From Octopus vulgaris (lineage: Eukaryota): a stretch of 64,000 nucleotides of DNA. Position numbers and translations under genes: made by a program. The notes under the pieces were generated by a model that was not told the DNA's origin, searched no databases, and was given only the letters and a program-made list of their open reading frames with translations. Below, piece by piece: positions 24,724 through 37,497 of the stretch. The stretch is taken from assembly GCA_951406725.2 (NCBI GenBank), contig OX597814.1, forward strand, positions 201,810,001-201,874,000, in the 5' to 3' direction. How positions within the stretch are numbered: position 1 is the first letter of the stretch; the number at the start of each line of letters is the position of its first letter.

Positions 24724-25720
24724 TCAAATGTGTATAACACATCTTTTGGATGAAGTTAACAAAATTACTCAAGTGTTATAAAGCTCTATATACCGTTGTA
24801 GCTTTTTTTTTTTAAAAGTGTATATTTAAAAGCGTTTTTTTTTTTTCTTCCTTTTTTTTCAGCTTTCCTGGCAACAATGTAATATATTCCTGGAATTTCA
24901 CAAAAGAAATTTTGTTTACTGGAATCCTGAATAACCAGCAGAGATTATCATTAGATTCCAATATATCTGACTTTCATCTCTTTGATCTGCCACCTTTCAA
25001 GTTGAAATGTTTGGACGCTAGAGAGCTATTCGAGGAATGAGTTACCATGTAATAGATGATCACGGAATTCAATACCAACAACAACAACAACAAAAAAACA
25101 GAAAAAATTACATTAAAAAAAACATAAAAAATTAATTTTTTTTTCTCAATGTATTTTATAATTTTCCAGCCTTTAGATATGAAAGCAAAAAAAAAAAAAA
25201 GAGAGAAAAAACACAATCCTGTGCATTTTCACCCTCTAATCAGTTTTATTGTTATGGTCAGCTTTTAAATTAAGTCTTGTTTCAAATGTATGTTTCTTTA
25301 ATAGAGATATAGAACTGGTTGAAGGACACAACCCACTCACTCTTTTGAAGGGATGACATAAATAATGTCCCCGGAAAAAAGGATTCCCTGCCATTCTCTC
25401 CAACACTCATCACCATTTTAATGCCAGTCTTTATATGTTGGCGTGGACTATAAGATGGTGGGGTACGTTTGGGGAAGTTTTTTTTTTACAGGAATGGGAT
25501 AAGGGCAGACGTGGTTGTGTTGGTTGAAAAGGTTGCTTCTCAACAACGTGGCTTCAGGCTCAATCCTGCTGCATGGCACCTGGGGCCAGGTGTTTTCTGC
25601 TACAGTCTGGACCTGAAAAAAGGTAAATTTGGTAGGTTGAAAAAGATGCTGAAATAGGTGTGTGTGCATGTGTGTATGAGTGTGTGTGTGTGTGTGTGCG
25701 TGCATGTGTATGAGTGTGCA

Positions 25721-25766
<46 letters not shown>

Positions 25767-27394
25767 CACAAGTGAATGTATGTATGTAGGTATGATAAGA
25801 TTCAAAAATTGAGCAGACGGATGACAACAAGACAAATGGAAAATATATATACAAGACAAGGATGTACTCTTTCCTCATCACTTATTGTCCAAAACTCATT
25901 ACAATTTCATGCCTTTAATATTAAGATACATAGGGTGTGCGTGTGTGTGTATTTATGGCTTCTATTTTGTCACGCCATGTAATAGTCCTAAATTAGTTTC
26001 GTTGTCATGCAAGTAGTGTCATTCTCTTCCAATATCTGTAAAATAAGGGGAAATATTAACTTGTTTAGAAATAGTGGTGGGGTTTGACAACAGGAAGGAC
26101 ATCCAGTTGTAGAATAGCAGCCAAAATAAACTATCTGACACATGCAAGTCTGGAAGTGTGGATGTTAAGATGATGATGATGGTGGTGGTAATGGTGGTGG
26201 TGGTGGTAGTGATGATGATGATGGCGGTAGTGGTGGTGTTGATGATAATGATGGTGAACAATGTGGTTGGTAAGAAAGCTACTTACCACCCAGCCAATCC
26301 TGTTTGTACCAATATAGTATTGAACCCTCAGTTCTAGCCATGAACCGTGAAATTTGGCTTTTATTTACAAGTATACTGGAAAATATTCTTTTCTAATCTA
26401 GGCACAAAGCCCAAAATTTTGGGGGAGGGAGCCAGTTGATTAGATTCAATCCAGTATGCAACTGGTACTTAATGGAAGTGGGATGGTGAGCATTCAATGC
26501 TGAAAAGAAAAATCAAACAGCATTTCAACTCTGTGTGCTTATATATGTGTATATGTGTGCGTGTGCAAGGGAAGCATGTGAATGTTTGTATGTGTGATTA
26601 TCATGTACCTTATTTAACACCTTATCTATAAAACACAACTATTAACCATCATTTCTGCCGGCACGAGGCCAGCTACTTACTATTATAAAAACAACAAAGC
26701 AACATAAAATACTGCTGCATTCATTTTAGTGACTTCCTTGTTTCTCTCCTTTTATTCTTTCACTCATTCCAGTTATTGGACAGTGGCCATGCTGGGGCAT
26801 TGGCCTCAAGAGTTTCAGCTGTTCATATTGATCTCTCTGCTTACTTCACAATGGTATTTATTAAATCAATCAATATTTATCAAGTGGTTAAGTAACCTCT
26901 TTGGCACAACGTCAACTTTTTCTTTTAATTGGCAGTGTTGTGTCAAACACATATATGAATGTATATATATAAATGTTTGTTTTTGTGTTTTGTTCTACCA
27001 AAATCAATTTTACATTAATTTAATGTGGTAGTGTATAGTATTGTTGAGTATAAATTTATCATTTTTACTCGAAAAAAGAGATGACAGGGACTTCGAAGTT
27101 TCAGTCAGCGAAGCCATCATCGAACTGCCGATGATGATGGCTTAGCTGGCCAAAGCTATGAAATCTTCATCAACAATATATAGTATTCAGGTTAAGAATA
27201 TTAAGAATGTGTGTGTGCGTGTGTGTCACATGAAAAAACATCTAGTACACTCTAAGGTGGTTGGCGTTAGGAAGGGCAAAGAAAGCAAGCCAAAAGAGAC
27301 AATTGGAGCCTGTCAAACTCCTGCCAACATAGAAAATGACGATGATGATGGTGATGATGATGATGACGATGATGATGATACATACATACATACA

Positions 27395-27446
<52 letters not shown>

Positions 27447-27593
27447 CATACATTGAGGAAACCTATTGAGTCAAGTACATCAGCATCAAAATAAAAATCA
27501 AATGAAATTGTAGTTGCGATACCTGTGCCAGTGGCATGTAAACGTGAAATTCTGAGTAACAGTTTTTGTGATATTTCTGCTGCTTTTAATAAA

Positions 27594-27635
<42 letters not shown>

Positions 27636-27726
27636 ATATATATATGAGTGTATATATATATATTTATATATATATATATATATATATCATCATCGTTTAA
27701 CATTTATATATATATATATATATATA

Positions 27727-28127
27727 TCATCATCGTTTAACATCCGCTTTCCATGCTAGCATGGGTTGGATGGTTTGACTGAGGGCTGGCGAACCAGATG
27801 GCTGCGCCAGGCTCCAATTTTGATCTGGCAGAGTTTCTACAGCTGGATGCCCTTCCTAACGCCAACCACTCCGAGAGTGTAGTGGGTGCTTTAACGTGCC
27901 ACCGGCACAGGGGCCAGTCAGGTGGTACTGGCAACGACCTCGCTTGAATCTTTTTCACATGCCACCAGCACAAGTGCCAGTAAGGCGATGCTGGTAACGA
28001 TCACGCTCGAATGGTGCCTTTTACATGCCACTGGCACGGAAGCCAGTTAGCTGCTCTGGCAATGATCATGCTCAGATGGTGCTCTTAGCACCCTACTAGC
28101 ACGAGACTCAAGTGCCAGTAAGGCGAC
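27727..28127 (-). mobile_element. RTE 3'-UTR fragment
   Basis: Family terminus and internal gtgccaccggcac units. Confidence 0.9.
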
Positions 28128-28602
28128 ATATACAGGAGTTATTCAAAAACATTGAACAAATTTCATTATGCACTATTTTAATAAGGAAAGAGCAATAGAA
28201 AACTTCATATGGTGGGGAAGCAAGCTTCTTACCACACAGCCACACCTGCCATGCCACACATCTCTATATAAAGTATATTAACATAAATAATGATAAAACA
28301 ACCAAAGTTACAACAAATGCTAGTTGATTGAGTGATTTTTTACCCAGTCACACTTTTATGTTATATACTGGGAGGTAAGGGTGAGAATAAAAGAGAGAGA
28401 CAGAGTTAACAAAGGAGATGCAGGATGAGTGCACATACTAGGCTTGAAGGCAGGCAATGAGTAAAAGAATGTTCCACACATAATGAGAGAGAAAGTGTCA
28501 TAGAAATAGGGGAAGAAAAGGTGAGGGAGTAAATGATTAAACAGTTATGGGAAGAGTTCAGATTTTGCTAAGATAGGTTTTCAATGCTGCAGATTCTGAA
28601 TA

Positions 28603-28749
28603 TGTGGCTGTGTGGTTAGAAGTTTGCTTCCCCACCACATGGTTTTGGGTTCAGTTCCACTGTGTCGCACCTTGGGCAAGTGCCTTCTGCTATAGCCTTG
28701 GGTCAGCCTTGTGAGAAGATTTGGCTGATGAAAACTGAAAGAAGCTCAT

Positions 28750-28787
<38 letters not shown>

Positions 28788-28976
28788 TGTTTCTGTCAAA
28801 CCACCATTTGACAACCGGGGTTGGTGTGTTTATGTCCCCAAATCTTACTGGTTTGGCAAAAGCAACCAACAGTATGAGTAGCAGGCCTTAAAAAAAATAA
28901 AGTTATGAGCTCGATTCATTCAAAGTACTGCCCACACATGGCTACAGTCTCATGAATGAAACAAGTAAAAGATAAA
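28603..28976 (+). mobile_element. SINE family A
   Basis: Both halves with internal (TG)n. Confidence 0.85.
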
Positions 28977-28977
28977 A

Positions 28978-29365
28978 CAGTTGTATATTTAAGAGATGAG
29001 GAATTATGTACACTATTTACATTATTTACATTTGACGGATATTTGTCCTCATCTTTTTTGTTGTTAACACAACGTTTCTGCTGATATACCCTCCAACCTT
29101 CATCACTACACCATATGCCCACAGGCATATGGCATAGTGGTTAAGAGAGCAGGCTACTAACTCCAGGATTCTGAGTTCGATTTCAGGTGGTGAGCTGAAC
29201 AACAACCACAACATTGAAAAATACCTTGGGAACGAGAACCTAGGTTCGAAATTTCCTCAAGATACCTGATGAAGGCTGGAGGGTATATCAGCTGAAACAT
29301 TGTGTTGACAACAAATAAGATGGAGGACAAATATCCGTCAAATGTAAATAATGTAAATAATGTAA
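28978..29365. mobile_element. Fold-back tRNA-head/HHR Penelope-type element with complete tRNA-like head
   Basis: A box tggcatagtgg 29130-29140, B box gttcgatttc 29175-29184, HHR CTGATGA 29266-29272 and GAAA 29294-29297; inverted left arm 28978-29119. Confidence 0.8.
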
Positions 29366-29649
29366 AAGATAAAAGTTAAAAAGGATATTTATTGCAAATA
29401 TACAAATGGGAAATTTGTGTTGCATGATTTTATTTAAAGCAATAAATATTTTCCTTTTGGAAATTTATATCCATTTCATCATTTTCTATAGGTGCAGCAG
29501 GAAATTTGATAAGAGCTGAATTATAATTATTGTATGCCATATTCTCTGATATTTCCCTTAGTGGGAAAATATAATTCTAGAGTTACCTGTCGTATGACAA
29601 GTAACATTCCACTAGGATTGGCACATGCGTGTCTGTACGTGTGTATGTA

Positions 29650-29895
29650 CAGTTTGTTCAAAAAGTCTCTCCGCAGTGAATATTTTTCAGACTCTCCAAG
29701 ATGTATTTTAAAACATGTGTAGAAGAGTCAACTTATGTACTGAAAATGAAGAGTGACACTTTCAACACCTCTTACAATGTTTTTTTTAAAGTCTTGTAAA
29801 GTCTAATATATTCTTTTGTAGTCTTCTTATACCATCTTATAAATATTTATTTTGCAATAAAATAGTTACTGCGGAGAGACTTTTTGAACACCCTG
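29650..29895. mobile_element. Tc1/mariner-type MITE (246 bp)
   Basis: 28-bp TIRs cagtttgttcaaaaagtctctccgcagt / actgcggagagactttttgaacaccctg; TA on both sides. Confidence 0.85.
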
Positions 29896-29989
29896 TATAT
29901 AACCCAAGCAAGCATATAAGCTGGATGTTAAACTAATGATGATGACGATGATGATAACGATGATGATGACAATGATGATGTTATCATAC

Positions 29990-30650
29990 ATTGCCAAGCT
30001 TAAAAAAAACTGCAGAGATGAACTTAAAATATATTCTGGGGCAGCAGAACTAATACTCAGAAACCATTTTTTCTTTTTTATAAGCTTAGAAATTCATTTG
30101 TCAGCCTCAAGCGAGGTCATTACCAGTGCCGCTGAACTGACTCCTGTGCGGGTGGCACGTAAAAAACTCCATTTTGAGTGTGGCCGTTGCCAGTACCTCC
30201 AGACTGGCCCTCGTGACAGTGGCACATAAAAGCACCCACTACACTCTTGGAGTGGTTGGCGTTAGGAAGGGCATCCAGCTGTAGAAACTCTGCGAGATCA
30301 GATTGGAGCCTGGTGCAGCCATCTGGTTCACCAGACCTCAGTCAAATCATCCAACCCATGCTAGCATGGAAAGCAGATGTTAAATGATGATGATGATGAT
30401 GATGATTTTGTCAGAATTTATATAGTTCCTGCATGGGACAAATCTTCAAGAATTCAAAATTACTTGGTCGGCAGTAAATTTGGCAAAACCATACAGGGAT
30501 GGCAACTTCAAATCAGAAATGCAATGTAACCTTTGTTTGTATGAAAAGTTAAGAATTTTGATGCAAGGCAGTAAAAGTTTGGACAAAAGAATGGAATTCT
30601 TAGCACCATGTATGTATGGGGCTAAGCTTCTTTTATGTAAATACCAGCCT
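29990..30650 (+). pseudogene. Penelope-like GIY-YIG endonuclease C-terminal remnant, split by an RTE 3' fragment (30097-30405)
   Basis: KIYSGAAE…RNHF then LSEFI*…ITWS…AKPY…CNLCLYEKLRIL…LDKRMEFLAPC. Confidence 0.7.
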
Positions 30651-30730
30651 CTTTGAATTTCATTCTGGTTCGGGAAAAAAGTGTTGGTTTCAAAATGTTT
30701 AATTGATATATGTTTAGTGTGTGTGCGTAT

Positions 30731-30776
<46 letters not shown>

Positions 30777-31532
30777 TAACATAAATAATATATAAACATA
30801 TGCATATATACATACATATATGTACATACCTACATCTATATGTATATATACATGCATATATGGGTACATGACACCAAAAAAACATTGAACACAATGAGAA
30901 ATGAAAATATAAAAACAAAAACATGGAAACGAACTTTTTTCAAACAACGAAAAAACAGAGAAATGAGACATACAGTATTCCCCTTCTTCAGTTGTCCCCG
31001 TTTCATCTACTCTGCATTTCGAAGGTAAGGACAAGACGTGACTTCGTTGAAACAGTCCTTCCCGCAAAGCAATGAAATAAAATTTGGGATATTTTGTGGT
31101 GGGGTAAAAGTGGTAAAAAGAACAGGACAGTAAAAACAATACAAATAAAAATAGTAAAAGACAGGACAAGGAGAATAACACAGTAAAAACAAATGATGAG
31201 AGCTGTTAAGCCAAGATGATGGAAAAATTATTTTGAACGTATTGAAGGGACAGCTCATGAGAAGGACAGGATAAGCCGTCTTGACTCGTTGAAGATAGCA
31301 GTCGGAAAGATGGCTTCCATCTGGTCACGTGTCAGTGACGAGAGGGAGGAGGAGGAGTAAGAGAGAGGGAACGGTGAAAGGGAGAGGAGAAGAATAGGGA
31401 AGGGTGGGAGAGAAAACCAGAAAGGATGAAGAACAAGAGAGGGAGAGAGACAGACAGAGGAGAAAAGTTAAGAGTATGCATCATAATCTTTATATAAATA
31501 AAACTGAGAATGTGTGTCTGTCTGTATGCATG

Positions 31533-31825
31533 TTTCCCTAAAACTTGAGAACTACACAAGCAATTTTATTCAAATTTTAGACATGCCTTACTTAGGGTCC
31601 GGGGAGTGTCATCGGCAAAAAAAATGTTCAACTTCTTGCCTAGAGCGAAGCCATAGCAATATCATATCTTCTCCACTACGATTCCCTAAAACTTGAGAAC
31701 TACACAACCAATTTCATTCAAATTTTACACATGCCTTACTTAGAGTCCATGTAGTTTCATGGGCAAAAAAATGTTCAACTTCTTGCCTAGAGCGAAGCCA
31801 TAGCAATATCATATCTTCTCCACTA
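31533..31825 (+). repeat. ~149-bp tandem duplication inside Helitron
   Basis: ttccctaaaacttgagaactacacaa…tcttctccacta twice. Confidence 0.9.
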
Positions 31826-33071
31826 TTTCAGTATTACGTGTTAAAAGTGAAACAAAACATTTCTCTATTTTATGTCAGATACTTTCACTTTAACAATAAA
31901 AATAATAATAACAATTGAATTATATGTAGTAAGTAATAATTAAAATCAAGCTAAGTATAATATAATCGTGACATAACAAAAGTAAAAATAGCAATTGATA
32001 TAAAATTGCATCAATGACTTGAACTTGAATAAGTGGTTTCACATGAATGGGAATAAATTAAAAATAAGATTAGCGTGCAGAAATGGAATAGTCCAGATGG
32101 ATAATAAAAAATAAAATTAAAGAAAAGACTATCTCTTATTATAAAAGGCAGATTTTATCTGCCTCCCTTTGTCTCTTATAGAAATCTACAATATAGGATT
32201 TCTTCAATTACAATTTACCTAGCATTTTTAAGAGTAGAATACATCGGGTCATGCCAGGTACAGTTTTTCAAATTTCCCCCCAATTAAGCAAAATTTCGAG
32301 AAAACTCACATTGTGGTGTGTAAGTGAAGTGCTTTTCTTAGTGTGGGCTACAGCACACACACACACGCACACACAAAAACGGAGCGAACTGCTTCACTCA
32401 TGCTATCACCCTAATTTCTCCTCCTTTCTCTTTGCAAGTGTACCTTACAACACTACTAAAAAAAAAACAGCAAACAGAAACAAATAAATACATAACGATT
32501 TACTCCTCACACAATTTCTTCAATTACAGTTTACCTATGATTTTTACAAGTACTTCCATTCGGTCATGCCATACAAAATTTCTTTCAATTTCACCCCCAA
32601 TTAAGACAAAATTCGAGAAAACTCAATATTTTAACATTTCACTTCGAAGCCTTTACTCTGCCTATTACTCCCACTTCCTCTTTACACACATAGACACGCA
32701 AATATATAAATAAAATTGTAAGCTAACGTGTGTGTGTGTGTGTGTGTGTGTGCGTGTGTGTGAGTGTGTGTGTGTGTGTGAGGGTGCGTGTGTGTGTGTG
32801 TGTGACTGTGTGTGTGTGTGTGTGTGACAGGGATGACCCATTCAGACTGGTCATCCTTTTTGCTAGAAGAAGATCACCTATGCTACACCACTGGTTTTCA
32901 GTTCATATTAATCAAATTAATATTCACAACAAGGACTATTCATTGTTATACATCAGTTCCACACATTTACCCTGGTTCCATTTCGGACAACTGCACAAAC
33001 ATTTGCCATTTGACACATGTATGTAAACAAATTCCTTTCTTAAAAATTTCAATTCATTTTCTTTTTCAATT

Positions 33072-33593
33072 CATACAAAGTTATTTAGGACGAATATAAG
33101 ATCTAAAGTATATCCAAGTAGCAGAAAGATCGCCCAAAAGTGTATATAGATATTTAAATGTATTTATATAATCATCTATACACACATGTATGTATAATGT
33201 GTGTGTATATATTTCCATAGAGATAACCATTCACTCCATACAAAGTTTTTTAGGACGAAAATAACATCTAAAGTTATCTCTAAGAAGCAGAAAGATCGCC
33301 CAAAAGTGTATATAGATATATAAATGTATTTATATATTCATCTATGCACACATGTATGTATAACGTGTGTGTATATATTTCCATAGAGGTAACCATTCAC
33401 TCCATACAAAGTTTTTTAGGACGAAAATAACATCTAAAGTTATCTCTAAGAAGCAGAAAGATCGCCCAAAAGTGTATATAGATATTTAAATGTATTTATA
33501 TATTCATCTATACACACATGTATGTATAATGTGTGTGTATATATTTCCATTGAGGTAACCATTCACTCCATACAAAGTTTTTTAGGACGAAAA
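33072..33593 (+). repeat. 166-bp tandem repeat x3.1 inside Helitron
   Basis: catacaaagtt at 33072, 33237, 33403, 33569. Confidence 0.95.
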
Positions 33594-33842
33594 TCTTTAT
33601 ATATAAAAGAAAGGTTGTGTGTCTGTCTACTCCGATTTAGATTCCTAACTACTCCCACATTTTGCGATGCAGTTTAACCAAAACCGAGTATCTTATAGTC
33701 GTGATTCATATCGAGCCCTTCTGGGTATTAGCGTGCGTCTACGATGAGTCTACGATTTTACAAATAATTTACCATCATTTTTTCCCATTTTAATGCATAT
33801 ATTTTTTAATAAAGGGAAGTAACTCTCAAACTTCACACCAAT

Positions 33843-34330
33843 ATGCGTGCTCATATGCGACGTAATATCACATCAGCAGCATTTCCTCACACCCTCCTTG
33901 CACTTGGCGAAGGCAAAATACCAGGGGATGAAAATGGTATTATTGCCATCGATTCCATTTATACCATTGTTAAGACGCCTTCTGATCTCAGAGATGCAGT
34001 GTTCCAAGATCTACAAGCTAATTATCAGAATATGGATTGGATTGGCCAAAAGGCTATACTGGCCCCGAGGAATAAAACTGTTCACCATATTAATGATGAA
34101 ATGCTAAAACTCATTCCTGAGGAAGTCTATGTATATCAGTCTATCGATACAACTCCTGACCCACGGGACGTCATCAACTATCCTATAGAGGTACTCAATT
34201 CCTTTGAGCACCCCGGACTAACACCACACATTCTCAAACTTAAAGTTGGTGCCCCTATAATGCTCATCAGAAATTTGGTTCCCCCAAAACAATGCAATGG
34301 CACACATTTGATCGTTAAGTCCTTATCTCC
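33843..34330 (+). pseudogene. Helitron PIF1-like helicase fragment
   Basis: KAILAPRNKTVHHIN…YQSIDT…YPIEVLNS…PHILKLKVGAPIMLIRNL…CNGTHL; intronless, truncated, within Helitron ends. Confidence 0.9.
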
Positions 34331-35083
34331 CAGCGCAAACTTATATCAATATTTGCCTGAATAATCATCATAATTCAGTGCAATCATTAACAGTACTTTC
34401 AAGCAATTCAGCCCCGAGCAACGCCGGGCAATTCTGCTAGTTGTCTATAAAGTATACAATGTAGAGAAAAAGGAAGATTTGAACACATGGAGGAAAGCAC
34501 CTTCGAAAAGTGTCTTGGTGTGACTATGAAAGATATCTAATCAGAGGCGGTAAATTCGCCACAATAGAAGGTTCGAGTCAATGGAGCGTGCAAGAGAGTA
34601 CTCGACTTGAACTTGCAAAGTGGAAATATTTTATTTATAGCTTTATATCTGGGACATAGGACGTCCCGGAAAAAATTTTAAATGCCCCCTCCTTCCCCGA
34701 AGTAGAGGTAGGCTGGATTGTAGCCACACTTCTATACAAGAGGGAGGACAAGATACAATTGATCGAAATTACAAGAGACGGGCTAACAATTCCAGTCTGT
34801 TATATATTTTGAGTATTGTTATCACTAGCGATATCAAGATATAACTTTGTATTTTGTATTTTATGTGTAGATGTATATATATAGATGTACATGTAATATG
34901 TACATATATATATACATATATACATGCACTAGCACTATGACCCGGCAACGACGGGTCTTTAATGCTAGTTATTAAGATAAAACTTACTTGGAAATGGATA
35001 CGTGACGTTCGATCATATAATAACGTAAATAATATATAAACATATGCATATATACATACATATATGTACATACCTACATATAT

Positions 35084-35475
35084 CTTTTTACTTGTTTCAG
35101 TCATTTGACAGTGGCCATGCTGGAGCACTGCTTTTATAGTTGAGCAAATTGACCCCAGAGCTTATTCTTTGTAAACCAAGTACCTATTCTATCGGTCTCT
35201 TTTGCCAAAGCACTAAGTTATGGGGATGTAAACACACCAGCATCGGTTGTCAAGCGATGCTGGGGGAACAAACAGACAAACATACACACACATATATATA
35301 TATATACATATACAACGGGCTTCTTCCAGTGTCCGTCTACCAAATCCACTCACAAGGGTTTGGTTAGCCCGAGGCTATAGTAGAAAACACTTGCCTAAGG
35401 TACTATGCAGTGGGACTGAATCCAGGACCATGTGGTTGGTAAGCAAGCTACTTACCACACAACCACTCCTATGCC
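35084..35475 (-). mobile_element. SINE family A
   Basis: Full length. Confidence 0.9.
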
Positions 35476-35485
35476 TATATACATA

Positions 35486-36042
35486 TATAAATGTAGAGTA
35501 GTGGTACAACAAGGCATCAATATTTACTGGAAATAGCAGTCAATACATTTACGATGCTATAGTAAAGCTTCACTGCGTATATACTGGCAAAGACATGATG
35601 TGATTGCAGCAAACATGAAAAATTTTGTCTTACCCCTAGGAAGAACATAAGATAAATGGACAACCTGGAATTGGATAATCCAGTACCTTGGTTTCAGACT
35701 CTTCAAATACGTTTGTCAATGTAAAGTTGATTAATCTTCATCAGCCGGATTTACCTGGACAATATTTCAAATGTGGCCGCATCGATGCCAGTATACTCAC
35801 CTGAATGCTTAGCTGTTAACAGAACAAGAACAGTGAAAAAGTTTTCAATGAAAAATAAAATATTGCAATACAAATGTACTACTTTCCAGTAAAATAAAGC
35901 ACCGTAAAGGTAGAAGTATAAATATAGAGTAGTGGTACAACAAGGCACCAATATTTGCTGGAAATAGCTGTCGATACATTTACAACGCTATAGTAAAGCT
36001 TCACTGCGTATATACTGGCAAAGACATATGAGTGCAACAAAC

Positions 36043-36045
<3 letters not shown>
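35486..36045 (-). mobile_element. Retrozyme/pLTR-like element: 431-bp monomer plus ~130-bp terminal redundancy
   Basis: Direct repeats 35486-35617 and 35917-36045; TA-rich flanks; contains an HHR. Confidence 0.75.
35678..35750 (-). ncRNA. Type I hammerhead ribozyme
   Basis: Stem I atccgg/ctggat; CTGATGA; stem II agatt/agtct; GAAA; stem III cc-aa-gg; GUA cleavage triplet. Confidence 0.8.
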
Positions 36046-36092
<47 letters not shown>

Positions 36093-36478
36093 CTGTGTGG
36101 TAAGTAGCTTGCTAACCAACCACATGGTTCCAGGTTCAGTCCCACTGCGTGGCATCTTGGGCAAGTGTCTTCTGCTATAGCCCCGAGCCGACCAATGCCT
36201 TGTGAGTGGATTTGGTAGACGGAAACTGAAAGAAGCCTGTCGTATATATGTATATGTATGTATGTGTATGTGTTTGTGTGTCTGTGTTTGTACCCCTAGC
36301 ATTGCTTGACAATCGATGCTGGTGTGTTTACGTCCCCGTCACTTAGCGGTTCGGCAAAAGAGACCGATAGAATAAGTACTGGGTTAAAGAATAAGTCCTA
36401 GGGTCGAGTTGCTCGACTAAAGGCGGTGCTCCAGCATGGCCACAGTCAAATGACTGAAATATGTAAAAAGAGTAAAAA
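36093..36478 (+). mobile_element. SINE family A
   Basis: Near-consensus copy. Confidence 0.9.
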
Positions 36479-37497
36479 AAAAAAGAATATATATATATAA
36501 CATTATAAATTAGGGTATCTACAAGATACCATCATGCTGAAAATAGCAGCCATGATCTAATACCACCTTATCTCGTAGATATCCTAATTTATGATTTTAA
36601 TAATTATTACCTTTGAAGGTTATTTTTTCCATGCTGATCACTTGATAAGTTCGTTATTTTATTTAAATTAATGATCTTATTCTTATTTATATATATATAT
36701 ACATATATGCATATTTGTATATATATGCAAGCATAAATAGTTGCTTTTATGTATGTGTGCATAAGTGTGCAAATATATATATATGTATATATATGTATGT
36801 GTACAAACACACAAAATGTACATCTGCATGCACCGTTATTGATTTACAAAAATATTAATTAAATGTATTACTTTAAAATAATTTTAAAACATTATTGAAG
36901 CAACAATGCAATTCCTTGGAGAAAATTATTAGAGTGACTTCACTTGTATGAAGTTTAAGACATTTAGAATATTTGCCTGAGAACCAGAAACAAAATCATA
37001 AATGTGAGCAAGAAACAGCCATTTTTACATGTGTCACTCAAAAGGGTGTTTTTAACCAAAAAAACATAAAGACATGCATTTTCTTCAAACTTTCATTTCA
37101 TATTTCGTTTTTGGATTTAGTTTGCAAGATTCTTTATATGAGTTCAGGTGTTGAAGCATATTCTGTTGTGTCTGGGGAGAGTCATTTTCTTTTTGTGCCT
37201 TATTATGTAACACACTCACCGGTTAAATTTCCGCGTTTTTCTTATTTTTATTGTCCTAAAATTTTCGTTGCATCTTGGAACCTTTTCAATAGTTTCATTT
37301 CATATTTCAAAAAGTATTCAAACAGTAAATGCTTTGAAAAGAAAACTAGGCTCGGTTTACCAGCAGATGGCCAGAAATAAGTCAGAGCACCTGAAATAGC
37401 AGCTGTTCAGTGATAATATATAAAAGAGTACTCTACATTGAACACCTACACCTCTAATCTACGCTCACCCTTCAAAGCTTGTTCTTCATTCCTTATA

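Larger units (their letters stand above)
31487..34968 (+). mobile_element. Composite Helitron (three 5' TC ends, two hairpin-CTAG 3' ends)
   Basis: A|TC ends at 31487, 32132, 33594; cccgagcaacgccggg…CTAG 34440; gacccggcaacgacgggtc…CTAG 34968|T; no TSD. Confidence 0.8.

Noticed and set aside
30980-31035. CTGAAGA and GAAA on the minus strand as a permuted hammerhead
   Set aside because: Stems I and III cannot be paired convincingly in this copy.
33072-33593. Regular array resembling CRISPR
   Set aside because: Whole 166-bp units are repeated with no unique spacers; eukaryotic Helitron context.
33843-34364. Host PIF1 helicase gene
   Set aside because: Truncated, lacks Walker motifs, and lies between Helitron termini.
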